A DNA stretch of 40,152 nt from an uncultured Candidatus Bathyarchaeia archaeon (lineage in GTDB: Archaea > Thermoproteota > Bathyarchaeia > TCS64), in assembly GCA_964559155.1 (NCBI GenBank), contig CAZLHA010000004.1, positions 1-40,152 on the forward strand, written 5' to 3'. A program made the position numbers and the translations under genes. The notes under the pieces were generated by a model, which was given only the letters and a program-made list of their open reading frames with translations, was not told where the DNA came from and searched no databases. The stretch's first letter is position 1, and each line of letters opens with the position of its first letter. Positions 28,616 through 37,485 of the stretch are shown here, one piece after another.

Positions 28616-29239
28616 ATGTTAGATGATATTCTAGAAGCAGCAACCAGCGAACTATTATCAAGAGAAGAGGCACGGGATGAGGCATACAGCCGGGCCCGCA
28701 GAGCCAGGACACTAAGTAAACAAGCCATCCTCTATCTACACAGCGGTAATGAGAACCAGGCTTTATCTAACCTAGAAGAAGCAAGACAGCTACTATCCGA
28801 GATCGAGCACTATGCTGAAAATCACCCGGAGATCGCTCACTATAACGCCGTAACATCCGCAAAGGAGGAACACTCTGAGGCCAGCATCCTCTATGGATTG
28901 AACACAGGGGAAGGGTACCCCTTACCTGAGAAACTAGGTGTCTCGGCTACCGATTACCTCCTAGGATTAGCCGATGTACCCGGGGAGCTACGTCGACAAT
29001 CACTGGATCACCTAAGATCGGGTAATCTAAGTGCAGCCGAGGATAACCTAGAGGTGATGGAGGAGATCTATATGAATCTAGTATCCATTGAGGAGGTCTC
29101 TCTCTTTCTCAAGGGGCTTAGACGGAAGCTGGATATAATGCGTAACGTGAATGAGCGTACAAGGGCTGAGATAACGACAGAGACCAGCCGAAAACGTTTG
29201 ACTAGAAAACTCTCCAAACTCAGTGAGAAGCTAGACTAG
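28616..29239 (+). CDS. Archaeal translin/C3PO-family protein
   Basis: EEHSEA and DYLLGLADVPGELRR motifs, LRRKLD. Confidence 0.9.
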   Translation: MLDDILEAATSELLSREEARDEAYSRARRARTLSKQAILYLHSGNENQALSNLEEARQLLSEIEHYAENHPEIAHYNAVTSAKEEHSEASILYGLNTGEGYPLPEKLGVSATDYLLGLADVPGELRRQSLDHLRSGNLSAAEDNLEVMEEIYMNLVSIEEVSLFLKGLRRKLDIMRNVNERTRAEITTETSRKRLTRKLSKLSEKLD

Positions 29240-29286
29240 CTCCTATCCTGTATACGATTTATACCAAAAACATTTACTGCTTTTTT

Positions 29287-29317
29287 CCTAGATCTGGATC
29301 AGATCTGGGGCTTTTTT
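29287..29317 (+). terminator. Hairpin plus T-tract between the convergent translin and Cas2-like genes
   Basis: CCTAGATCTG-gat-CAGATCTGGG 10-bp stem (1 G-U pair), with T6 runs on both sides. Confidence 0.5.
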
Positions 29318-29423
29318 ACTGAATGGAATTGTTTCCATGCTTTATTGTACCTACCCTAATCCTGTGTTTTGTTGTTCTCATAGATTAGATCATGAAATAG
29401 TGTTGGGTTTGTGGGAAAAATTA

Positions 29424-29717
29424 TTAATTTCGGGTATAGGTACCACCGAAATTCCTCAACACGGTAAACCTTAATGCCTCTCCTCCATAACCTTCAACAA
29501 GATCACAGACCGCTAATGCACCTTGAATGGGCCCATAATATACACTATACTGAAGCATTTCCCCGCCCTTTGCCCCGATTATCTCTTTCAGGTTTGTCCA
29601 GAATCTATTGGTAGCCTCTTTTTCCCTGAAATCATAGACAACGAGGTTTTGGTACTCTGATTCTAGGTTTTCGTCAATACTGTCGAGTATTTTCTTGGCT
29701 CTGCTTCTTCTTCCCAC
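29424..29717 (-). CDS. Stand-alone Cas2/VapD-like ferredoxin-fold protein
   Basis: LVVYDF...RFWTNL...GGEMLQYSVY matches the Cas2 signatures (hhYD; G..hQ.SV); GTG start; no cas1 or array in the window. Confidence 0.72.
   Translation of the reverse strand: MGRRSRAKKILDSIDENLESEYQNLVVYDFREKEATNRFWTNLKEIIGAKGGEMLQYSVYYGPIQGALAVCDLVEGYGGEALRFTVLRNFGGTYTRN
29428..29452 (+). repeat. 25-bp inverted repeat, left copy (3' end of the Cas2-like gene)
   Basis: TTTCGGGTATAGGTACCACCGAAAT; 22/25 to the reverse complement of 29721-29745; perfect 17-bp core at 29436-29452. Confidence 0.9.
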
Positions 29718-29720
29718 ATC

Positions 29721-29745
29721 ATTTCGGTGGTACCTATGTACGAAA
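29721..29745 (-). repeat. 25-bp inverted repeat, right copy (3 nt upstream of the Cas2-like start codon)
   Basis: ATTTCGGTGGTACCTATGTACGAAA; perfect 17-bp core at 29721-29737. Confidence 0.9.
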
Positions 29746-29918
29746 AACCGTGTTGCGACCAGCCTGCACCCAAAAAAGCTACAAACGAATCACACATATC
29801 ATTTATATCTGATAAAAACCCATCAATCACATCTAGAAGGGAAGACTGAGACTATTGTGTCAAAACTCTTAATCAAGGATGAATACACCTGTCTAGTCGA
29901 TTCTACGGAAGTGAAACA

Positions 29919-31358
29919 ATGACAAAGCCAGATATTCATATCTATGACACCATGACGCGTCGGAAACGCCCATTCAAGCCAATAAACCCACCAAAAGTAA
30001 CCATGTACGTTTGTGGACCAACCGTCTATGGAGATCCCCATATCGGTAATTTACGCAGCTTCACAAGCGGAGACCTCATCAGACGCTACCTAGAGTACAG
30101 AGGATACCAAGTCAAATACGTAATGAATATCACCGATATAGACGACAAGACCATCAGAGACAGCGGCGAATCAGGTAAAACCCTCAAAGAATTCACAGAA
30201 CACTACACAGGAGTCTTCTTCCGGGGCCTTGACTTGCTTAATATCAAACGGGCAACAGCACATCCAAGAGCTACTGTATATGTGCCAGAGATGATCGAGT
30301 TCATTGAATCCTTGGAGGAAATGGGATACGCCTACGAGACTGAGGACGGGGTCTACTTTGATATAGACAAGTTTGAGGACTATGGAAAGCTAAGCGGCAT
30401 GGATATCACACGCACAGAGCAGACAACCCGTGTAGCCTCAGACGAGTACGATAAAGAGAATGCACAGGACTTTGCGCTATGGAAAAAATCAACACAAGAA
30501 GAACTTGATCGAGACATCTACTTTGAGTCACCGTGGGGCCCTGGAAGACCTGGTTGGCATATCGAATGCAGCGTAATGAGTAAAGAACTACTTGGAGACA
30601 CAATAGACATCCACGCAGGTGGAGAAGACCTAGCCTTCCCACACCACGAGAACGAGGTAGCCCAGAGTGAAGCATTAACAGGTAAAACCTTCGTCCATTA
30701 CTGGGTGCATATGAGACACCTGATGATTAACGGGGGTAAGATGAGCAAGAGCCTGGGCAACTATGTGAGCTTCGATGATGTACTGGCCAAGCATAGCCCT
30801 GATGCCTTCAGATACTTTTACATTAGTACCCATTACAGGCGACCATTGAACTTCACCTGGAGCGCAATGGAGTCTGCTGAAAACACGGTCAACCGCCTAG
30901 AAAACACCCTTGATCTCATCGATAATGCCCTAAATGGACCGGATAACAATCTAGATTACGGCGAAAGAGAGAAAAAACTAATCAATACAATCAGAGATGA
31001 GAAGCAGAACTTTATAGAGGCTATGGACGATGACTTCAACACACCGGTAGCCCTGGGGCATCTTCACGCAGTAGCTGGAGCAATAAACGAATACTTACAG
31101 GAACCAGCCAACAAAGGGGTCCTAGCAGAGGCAGCCGAGAACTATCGAGAACTATTACATGTACTTGGATTATTTGAGAAACGAAGCACCGATAGCGATG
31201 AACTAACTGAGAAACTCCTACGGTTCATAACTGATCTACGAAACCAGCAGAGAGAGAAGAAGAACTATGAACTCGCTGACAAGATCAGGGATGGGCTTAA
31301 GGATATAGATATAGAAATTCAGGACACCTCAGACGGAACCACCTGGAAAATCAAGTAA
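29919..31358 (+). CDS. cysS: Cysteine--tRNA ligase
   Basis: [47 protein letters not shown]. Confidence 0.98.
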   Translation: MTKPDIHIYDTMTRRKRPFKPINPPKVTMYVCGPTVYGDPHIGNLRSFTSGDLIRRYLEYRGYQVKYVMNITDIDDKTIRDSGESGKTLKEFTEHYTGVFFRGLDLLNIKRATAHPRATVYVPEMIEFIESLEEMGYAYETEDGVYFDIDKFEDYGKLSGMDITRTEQTTRVASDEYDKENAQDFALWKKSTQEELDRDIYFESPWGPGRPGWHIECSVMSKELLGDTIDIHAGGEDLAFPHHENEVAQSEALTGKTFVHYWVHMRHLMINGGKMSKSLGNYVSFDDVLAKHSPDAFRYFYISTHYRRPLNFTWSAMESAENTVNRLENTLDLIDNALNGPDNNLDYGEREKKLINTIRDEKQNFIEAMDDDFNTPVALGHLHAVAGAINEYLQEPANKGVLAEAAENYRELLHVLGLFEKRSTDSDELTEKLLRFITDLRNQQREKKNYELADKIRDGLKDIDIEIQDTSDGTTWKIK

Positions 31359-31401
31359 CCCTTTTTGAAGACTTTTATCCATTAACCCCCTGTTTCAATT
31401 T

Positions 31402-32853
31402 ATGAGCTCAAATAAGAAACAAGCATTGTTTTGGCTAGAAACTCATAGTAGTGAAATGTATGATATGAGCGATCAGCTCTTCAAATGGGCTGAGCCAGGG
31501 CTACGAGAATACAAATCCAGTAAACACTTGGCAGATTATATGAAAAAACAGGGATTCAACATAGAGATGGATATAGCGGATATGCCTACAGCCTTCAACT
31601 CGACTTGGGGAGATAACGGACCGGTGATTGGCTTCTTCGCGGAATATGATGCAACCCCAGGTCACAGTCAGAAACCCGTACCCTATGAAGAACCCGATGT
31701 CTCTTACGCCCCCGGGTTCACTGACGCCCACAACATGCTGGGAGTAGCCGGATGTTTCGCCGCCGCAGCCTTCAAACATGTCCTAGAGGAGAATAACCTA
31801 GATGCCCAGATCAGGCTTCTAGGAACCCCTGCTGAGAAACTATGCGTTGGAAAACCATACATGGCAAGGGATGGCTGGTTCGATGGTATGGATTGCCTAC
31901 TTGCATGGCACCCCGGTGGCCCAACAACAGTACTGGGTGAGGTTTGGCCACGTACCTATAAATCCAAAGTATATACTTTCAAAGTCAAGGATGCTGCTGA
32001 GGGCCAGAGCGGAGCAGTAACTTATCCAGGAACTCTGGACGCCGCTGTATTAATGTATAATAACGTGAACATGATGAAGGAACATATGCCCGCCCTTATG
32101 CGGCGTGGAGGCAGCATCAACGAGTTTATGATGACCGGCGGCCAATGTACCGTTGCCAATCCAGTACTTAGTCAGGTGGTTTATGCTTGGAGAAACAGCA
32201 ATATAGATGATCAGAAAGCCGTGGAGAAGGTTATTGACCGATGCGCTGAGGGAGCAGCACTAGTAGCAGACTGCAAAGTTGAGCCAAGAGTGCTTACTGC
32301 AGTACGAACCGGTTTACCTAACACAGTATTGAAAGACGTAGTATGGAAGAACCTCATGGAGATAGGGTCACCAGCTTATACCGAGGAGGATAAAGAGTTC
32401 GCTAGAGAGATACAGCGAAACATGGGACTAGATCCCCTTGATGAACCCATGTACACTGAGATTGTGCCACCGGAGAAAGCATATGGGGATTTCCACCCCG
32501 CTGACGATGTGAATGAGTTCACATGGCACTGTCCAACAGCACGTCTCTACGTAAGCAAAGCCATGCAACCCATACCCGGTGTTAATTACCCACGATGGGC
32601 GAGCAGCGCCTTATGCGGATCAGGTGTAACCCATAGAATGGGTATGTGTGCAGCACAGATACTTGCATTAAGCGCCATAGATCTGGTGGAAACCCCTGAC
32701 CATCTAGCAGACGCATGGTCAGAGTTCCGGGAACGCAAGAAAAAACGATACGAGGAACCCTTGTTAGCAGAGGGATTGAAGCCCCCTGTTGAGCTACGTT
32801 GGCCTGAGTGGGTTGACCGCCCAGGATACGAGTGGTGGATTCCACCCCAGTAG
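31402..32853 (+). CDS. M20 amidohydrolase, AbgB-like
   Basis: EPGLREYKSS, AEYDATPG, GTPAEK, AWHP, DDVNEFTWHCPT. Confidence 0.85.
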   Translation: MSSNKKQALFWLETHSSEMYDMSDQLFKWAEPGLREYKSSKHLADYMKKQGFNIEMDIADMPTAFNSTWGDNGPVIGFFAEYDATPGHSQKPVPYEEPDVSYAPGFTDAHNMLGVAGCFAAAAFKHVLEENNLDAQIRLLGTPAEKLCVGKPYMARDGWFDGMDCLLAWHPGGPTTVLGEVWPRTYKSKVYTFKVKDAAEGQSGAVTYPGTLDAAVLMYNNVNMMKEHMPALMRRGGSINEFMMTGGQCTVANPVLSQVVYAWRNSNIDDQKAVEKVIDRCAEGAALVADCKVEPRVLTAVRTGLPNTVLKDVVWKNLMEIGSPAYTEEDKEFAREIQRNMGLDPLDEPMYTEIVPPEKAYGDFHPADDVNEFTWHCPTARLYVSKAMQPIPGVNYPRWASSALCGSGVTHRMGMCAAQILALSAIDLVETPDHLADAWSEFRERKKKRYEEPLLAEGLKPPVELRWPEWVDRPGYEWWIPPQ

Positions 32854-32854
32854 C

Positions 32855-34723
32855 TTACTTGAAATAACTAGGTGGGAGGACATCTCCCTCTTTCTCTAGT
32901 GCTTTTAGACTCTTCTTAATCCTATTGTGAACCACCCAGAAGGCCTCAGGTATGCCCTCTTCATCCCCGTACAAATCCTCCATGCGAGCCTGTTTCTCTA
33001 GATACTTCTTGACGCGTATGCTGAACTGCTCAACGTATTCTTTCTCGGTGTATTCTCTCTTGAATACTTTCTTGAATAGACTCCGTAGATCCTCATACTT
33101 GGGGATATACCCTACAGGGGTCTTGATGGCATCGTATTCTCCATGTACTCGTCCCTCTGCCCAGATTACCCAGACTCTCTTATCTACTTTCTCGTTCAGG
33201 TACTCTCCATTCTCGTCCTTGATGAAGTAGTTAGTGCTGAATACTCTGGGTGTGTTCTTTAGTCTGTTCCCGAAGTCAATGTGGTTATTAAGATACAATC
33301 CGAAGGGCACCACCATAAAGTCCATTATAGCCATGGGGCTGCTCTTCCGTACACCCGCTTTTCCAATGGTTGCGCTGGTAGTCTCGCTCTCTATTGTTGC
33401 TCCCATGTATACCCCGTGTTCCCATGTGAGAGCCTCACTGATGGGTACGTTGGTGTCGCTATCTCGACCCCCATAGAAGACTCCATGTACAATGTGTCCC
33501 TCTGGGTCATCCCAGTTAGGATCAACGTTATCCAGTTCCTTGAGCCTAATAGTGTACCGTGCGTTTGGATGAGCTAATGGTATCAAGTTTCCATCCTCAT
33601 CTTTCTTCCCGTTATACCATTCACCGCTATGATTGATACCTGTTTCAGGGTACTCATCCCCTTCTAAACCCATACTCAGCCAGTAGGGAACCCCCTCATG
33701 AATCAAGACATTGCTGAAGATCATCTCCCTTGGCGTGGTCAATGTCTTGTAGATAACGGGGTCATCTACAGGGTTAACATCTCTAATAATGCCAAAGACC
33801 CCAGCCTCTATGTTGACAGCCCTGCAATTGCCTTCGTCATCTTCTCGTAAGTATGCTATATCATCCCCCACGATGGTCATACCTGGGATCATAGCTGTGC
33901 TGGTCTTACCACACGCTGATGGGTATGCTCCCGTGAAATATGTTACTCTATTGCTTTCTGGTGCTTTTACACCCATGATCAACATGTGTTCTGTTAGCCA
34001 GTCACTATTGTTTGCCTTGTAAATAGCTAGCCTTAACGCCAGTTTCTTTAACCCCAAGCTGTTACCCGCGTACTGGTTATTAACGGAATAAACTTTTCCG
34101 TCTATGAGGTCCACATAGATGCGACGCTTATCTATATCCACTGTGGTGTTCCTCTCATCAAGTCTACCCGCACTGTGTACAAAGGTGAAGAAATCATCTC
34201 CCCCCTCTAGTCTCTTGAACTCCTCGTATCCGTTCCTGTATAGGATGTCCTCGCTATGTGCGACGTATGCACTATCCGTTATCTGTAGTGCTCGCTGGGT
34301 GAATCTACTGTTGGTTGGGCCTAGACTGAAGAACCGTATCATACAGACCTTTCCCTCCATTACGCCATCCATAATGCCTAGTACTTCCTCAAGACCCTCT
34401 GTTCTATTGATGGTGTTGATACCCTTGCTCATATCCATATCAGCCGGTTTGAGCACCCTAGTGTTCTCCTTGTCTCTAGCCTGATCATAGTAGCTATCAT
34501 AGTGGACTGTATGGCCCTCCATCTCAAGCCTCATCTCCTCACCGAGATCAATGGCTAGTTGTCTAACCCTCGCGACATCCTCTTCGGTATCATCAAAGAC
34601 TATGGCTTTTTCTGGTTTACATAATTCAAGGAATCTTTTCACCTGTTCCATCACATGGACGTTGTTAAGCGCCTTCAGCTTACTCAGACTCTCTTCATTC
34701 ATGTAGTTTAATAATGAACTCAA
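32855..34723 (-). CDS. pckG: GTP-dependent phosphoenolpyruvate carboxykinase
   Basis: YAGNSLGLKKLALR, EHM, PSACGKTS, VGDDIA, HPNARY, YGGRD. Confidence 0.97.
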   Translation of the reverse strand: MSSLLNYMNEESLSKLKALNNVHVMEQVKRFLELCKPEKAIVFDDTEEDVARVRQLAIDLGEEMRLEMEGHTVHYDSYYDQARDKENTRVLKPADMDMSKGINTINRTEGLEEVLGIMDGVMEGKVCMIRFFSLGPTNSRFTQRALQITDSAYVAHSEDILYRNGYEEFKRLEGGDDFFTFVHSAGRLDERNTTVDIDKRRIYVDLIDGKVYSVNNQYAGNSLGLKKLALRLAIYKANNSDWLTEHMLIMGVKAPESNRVTYFTGAYPSACGKTSTAMIPGMTIVGDDIAYLREDDEGNCRAVNIEAGVFGIIRDVNPVDDPVIYKTLTTPREMIFSNVLIHEGVPYWLSMGLEGDEYPETGINHSGEWYNGKKDEDGNLIPLAHPNARYTIRLKELDNVDPNWDDPEGHIVHGVFYGGRDSDTNVPISEALTWEHGVYMGATIESETTSATIGKAGVRKSSPMAIMDFMVVPFGLYLNNHIDFGNRLKNTPRVFSTNYFIKDENGEYLNEKVDKRVWVIWAEGRVHGEYDAIKTPVGYIPKYEDLRSLFKKVFKREYTEKEYVEQFSIRVKKYLEKQARMEDLYGDEEGIPEAFWVVHNRIKKSLKALEKEGDVLPPSYFK

Positions 34724-34837
34724 TATCTATCTGATTTCATAATCAATAGAACATATTAGATTTATCGGTCAAAAAAAGGGTAAACTGTAATATTTTTAAA
34801 GACAATCGTTAAAACCCATTAAATCCCCTTTATTTTC

Positions 34838-35683
34838 ATGTCTGAAAACGGTAAACTTAGCAAATTCTGGGTGCAGGAACTAACACGACCAGCCTTTGAG
34901 GACTGGATGGAGAATGAGCCAGACCCATTGGTAATAATAGGGATCGGAGCCATTGAGCAGCACGGTATCCATCTTCCATTAGGTACTGACAGTCTGGGTG
35001 TTAGAGCTTTCATCCATGAGATAGCCAGCCGCACAAACAGTGTGTGTATCCACCCATGCTGGGCAGGATACAGCCCTCACCATATGGCTTTCCCCGGATC
35101 AGTAACTTTCTCAGCAGAGACCCTGCTAAATATATTACTGGAGACTATCGAGAGCTTTGCAGCCCATGGAGTCAAACGATTTGTCTTGATAAACCACCAT
35201 GGTGGGAACACAAATACCATGAACCTAGCAGTCCAGATAGCCAGAAGAGAGTATAAGGTTATGATATCCACTCCAAGCGGCCCCAAAGACACTGAGACTG
35301 CCAAAAAGATTCAGGACAGAATGGCAAGATACTTTGAGGTCCACAGCGGGCCAAGGGAAACAGCTTATGCCCTTCACTATTTCCCCGAATTAGTAGAGAT
35401 GTGGAGACTGGACAACTGGGAGAACGGTGTGATATTACCCGAAGAAATACAGGAGTTCATGGATCCCGATAGAGAGGACTATGAACTGGTGAAACAGGTA
35501 TTCAACGCTTCACTACCACCAAACACAGAGGACATCACAAGAAATGGGCAGTATGCGACCAGCGACCCAAGGAAGGCTGACGTGGAGGAAGCCGAGGTTA
35601 GCATGGAGGAGTCTATACAGTTTATAGTTGACTTCATTAAACTATGGAAATCTATCCCCATCCCAAAAGGATACAGGGATTAA
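34838..35683 (+). CDS. Creatininase/creatinine amidohydrolase family protein (copy B)
   Basis: GAIEQHGIHLPLGTD, NHHGGN, HSGPRETA; same MSENGKLSKFW start as copy A. Confidence 0.92.
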   Translation: MSENGKLSKFWVQELTRPAFEDWMENEPDPLVIIGIGAIEQHGIHLPLGTDSLGVRAFIHEIASRTNSVCIHPCWAGYSPHHMAFPGSVTFSAETLLNILLETIESFAAHGVKRFVLINHHGGNTNTMNLAVQIARREYKVMISTPSGPKDTETAKKIQDRMARYFEVHSGPRETAYALHYFPELVEMWRLDNWENGVILPEEIQEFMDPDREDYELVKQVFNASLPPNTEDITRNGQYATSDPRKADVEEAEVSMEESIQFIVDFIKLWKSIPIPKGYRD

Positions 35684-35745
35684 TTCACCCCTTTTATTAA
35701 ACTAGGTGTTTTTAAGTAATAATAACTATAACACACTGATATTAA

Positions 35746-36459
35746 ATGCCGTATTGTCCTGAATGTGGAACAGAGATAGATGAAAATGACGAGGTTTGCA
35801 GTAACTGTGGTAGCAGAATAAGCAGCTCATCCCCAGCACCAGCTGGTGACGTGGATGCTGTTGGACACCTTACAAGCGCCTTCAACATCGCCATGGCTCA
35901 ACCCATGGTATTCATACCCACTATACTTGGAGGTGTAATCAGTAGCGTACTAAGCTGGATAGCCACCCGACTGGGCTTCTTAGCAGCTGGATTTGGGTTC
36001 TTCAGAGGATTCGCCATATTTACAGCAATCTTTGGAATAATCGGCGCGTTCTTCGTATACCTCCTAGGCTTCGCTACCATCGATATGGGGAGGGATGCCT
36101 ACTTTAGTAGACCTCTCAGCCTAGGTGAGAGTATAGGATATGTTACAGGTCGGTTAGTGGATTTCATCATAGCAAGTATAGTTGGTGCAATCCTTGGTAT
36201 CACTGTGATCTTGATCCCAGTGGTATCATTGATGTTCGTAGTCATGGTAATGGATGAAGTTGGGGTTGGAACCGCGTTAAGCAAATCATTTGACGTGATC
36301 ACAGCAGACTTGGGCGACATCGTAATAGTGATATTGGTAAGCATCATTGGATCAGCCCTCTTAGGTTATGTACCTGTTATTTCTGGTCTGCTCAAATCCG
36401 CCTTAACCGTGGTAATAAACCTAGCCTTCATAGACATCTATCATCATTACAGAAGCTAA
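35746..36459 (+). CDS. Zinc-ribbon-containing membrane protein
   Basis: YCPECG...CSNCG followed by several hydrophobic helices. Confidence 0.85.
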   Translation: MPYCPECGTEIDENDEVCSNCGSRISSSSPAPAGDVDAVGHLTSAFNIAMAQPMVFIPTILGGVISSVLSWIATRLGFLAAGFGFFRGFAIFTAIFGIIGAFFVYLLGFATIDMGRDAYFSRPLSLGESIGYVTGRLVDFIIASIVGAILGITVILIPVVSLMFVVMVMDEVGVGTALSKSFDVITADLGDIVIVILVSIIGSALLGYVPVISGLLKSALTVVINLAFIDIYHHYRS

Positions 36460-36465
36460 AACTTA

Positions 36466-37293
36466 TTATCTCAACTTTTTCTCTTCTTTTTTATCCATAT
36501 GAACAGAATGTTCTTCTCCCGGATACTTTGAGCTTCGCACATCATCTCTGAATAGTTTAAATGCCTCCGTAATATTCTCGTTGAGGTTCGCGTAGAGTTT
36601 CACAAAGGGTGGCTGCCTCTCATAGAAGCCTAACAGGTCGTGGCTGAGAACCACCTGACCATCACAATAAGGACCAGCACCGATACCAATTGTGGGTATC
36701 TCAAGCTCCTCTGTGATTATCTTTGCCGCCTCAACTGTCACAAACTCGATAACCACGCTAAAGGCGCCAGCCTTTTCCAATGCCTTCGCGTCCTCCAATA
36801 TCGCATTAGCTGTTTCAGCGTCTTTCCCCTGTACCTTGAAAGCTCCACCTACTGAAGCCCGCTGAGGCATCAAACCGATATGAGCCTGAACAGGGATTCC
36901 TGTCTCAACTAGTGCCTGAACTATGGGGGCAACCTCTTTACCCCCTTCAAGCTTGACGGCGTCAGCTCCCCCCTCTTTTATGAGTTGTGCAGCGTTTCGC
37001 TTTGTCTCCACCTTGCTAACATGATAGCTCATGAAGGGCATATCTGCTACGATCAACGGTGTTTTTGCTCCCCGTACTACCGCCTTCGTATGATGGATAA
37101 TATCCTCCACTGTTACAGGCACAGGGTTCTCATAGCCGAGAACCACCATACCGAGACTATCACCTATCAGTATCACATCTAACCCAGATTTCTCCACAAG
37201 TAAAGCAGTAGGGTAATCATAAGCTGTTGTCATGGTGATCTTCTCACCTTTCTCTTTCATCTCACAGAGCTTGGAGATTGTTATCTTAGACAA
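36466..37293 (-). CDS. panB: 3-methyl-2-oxobutanoate hydroxymethyltransferase
   Basis: TAYD, IGDSLGMV, ADMPFMSY, VKLEGG, HIGLMPQ, IGIGAG; AGGTG SD before the TTG start. Confidence 0.97.
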   Translation of the reverse strand: MSKITISKLCEMKEKGEKITMTTAYDYPTALLVEKSGLDVILIGDSLGMVVLGYENPVPVTVEDIIHHTKAVVRGAKTPLIVADMPFMSYHVSKVETKRNAAQLIKEGGADAVKLEGGKEVAPIVQALVETGIPVQAHIGLMPQRASVGGAFKVQGKDAETANAILEDAKALEKAGAFSVVIEFVTVEAAKIITEELEIPTIGIGAGPYCDGQVVLSHDLLGFYERQPPFVKLYANLNENITEAFKLFRDDVRSSKYPGEEHSVHMDKKEEKKLR

Positions 37294-37485
37294 TTGAACA
37301 CCTAATTGAGAGGTGTTTTATGGAAATAAAAAATGACTTGCTGCATCATTTCTGAGAGAAAGATCCTCTCTACAAATATTCTGACATCCACTTCCCTAGC
37401 GAAGACTAGAAAAATCAAGGATCTGTAACTTTTCCAGAAAGATATAATCTATGTATTTGGATAATTCAAGGCTAAAAAAGGAAAA

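Noticed and set aside
29424-29745. IS200/IS605-type element (small ferredoxin-fold ORF with terminal hairpins)
   Set aside because: The ORF lacks the HUH motif, is too short, and there is no convincing target-site duplication
29240-29918. CRISPR-Cas locus suggested by the Cas2-like gene
   Set aside because: No direct repeat-spacer array and no cas1 or other cas genes; the only repeats are two inverted copies
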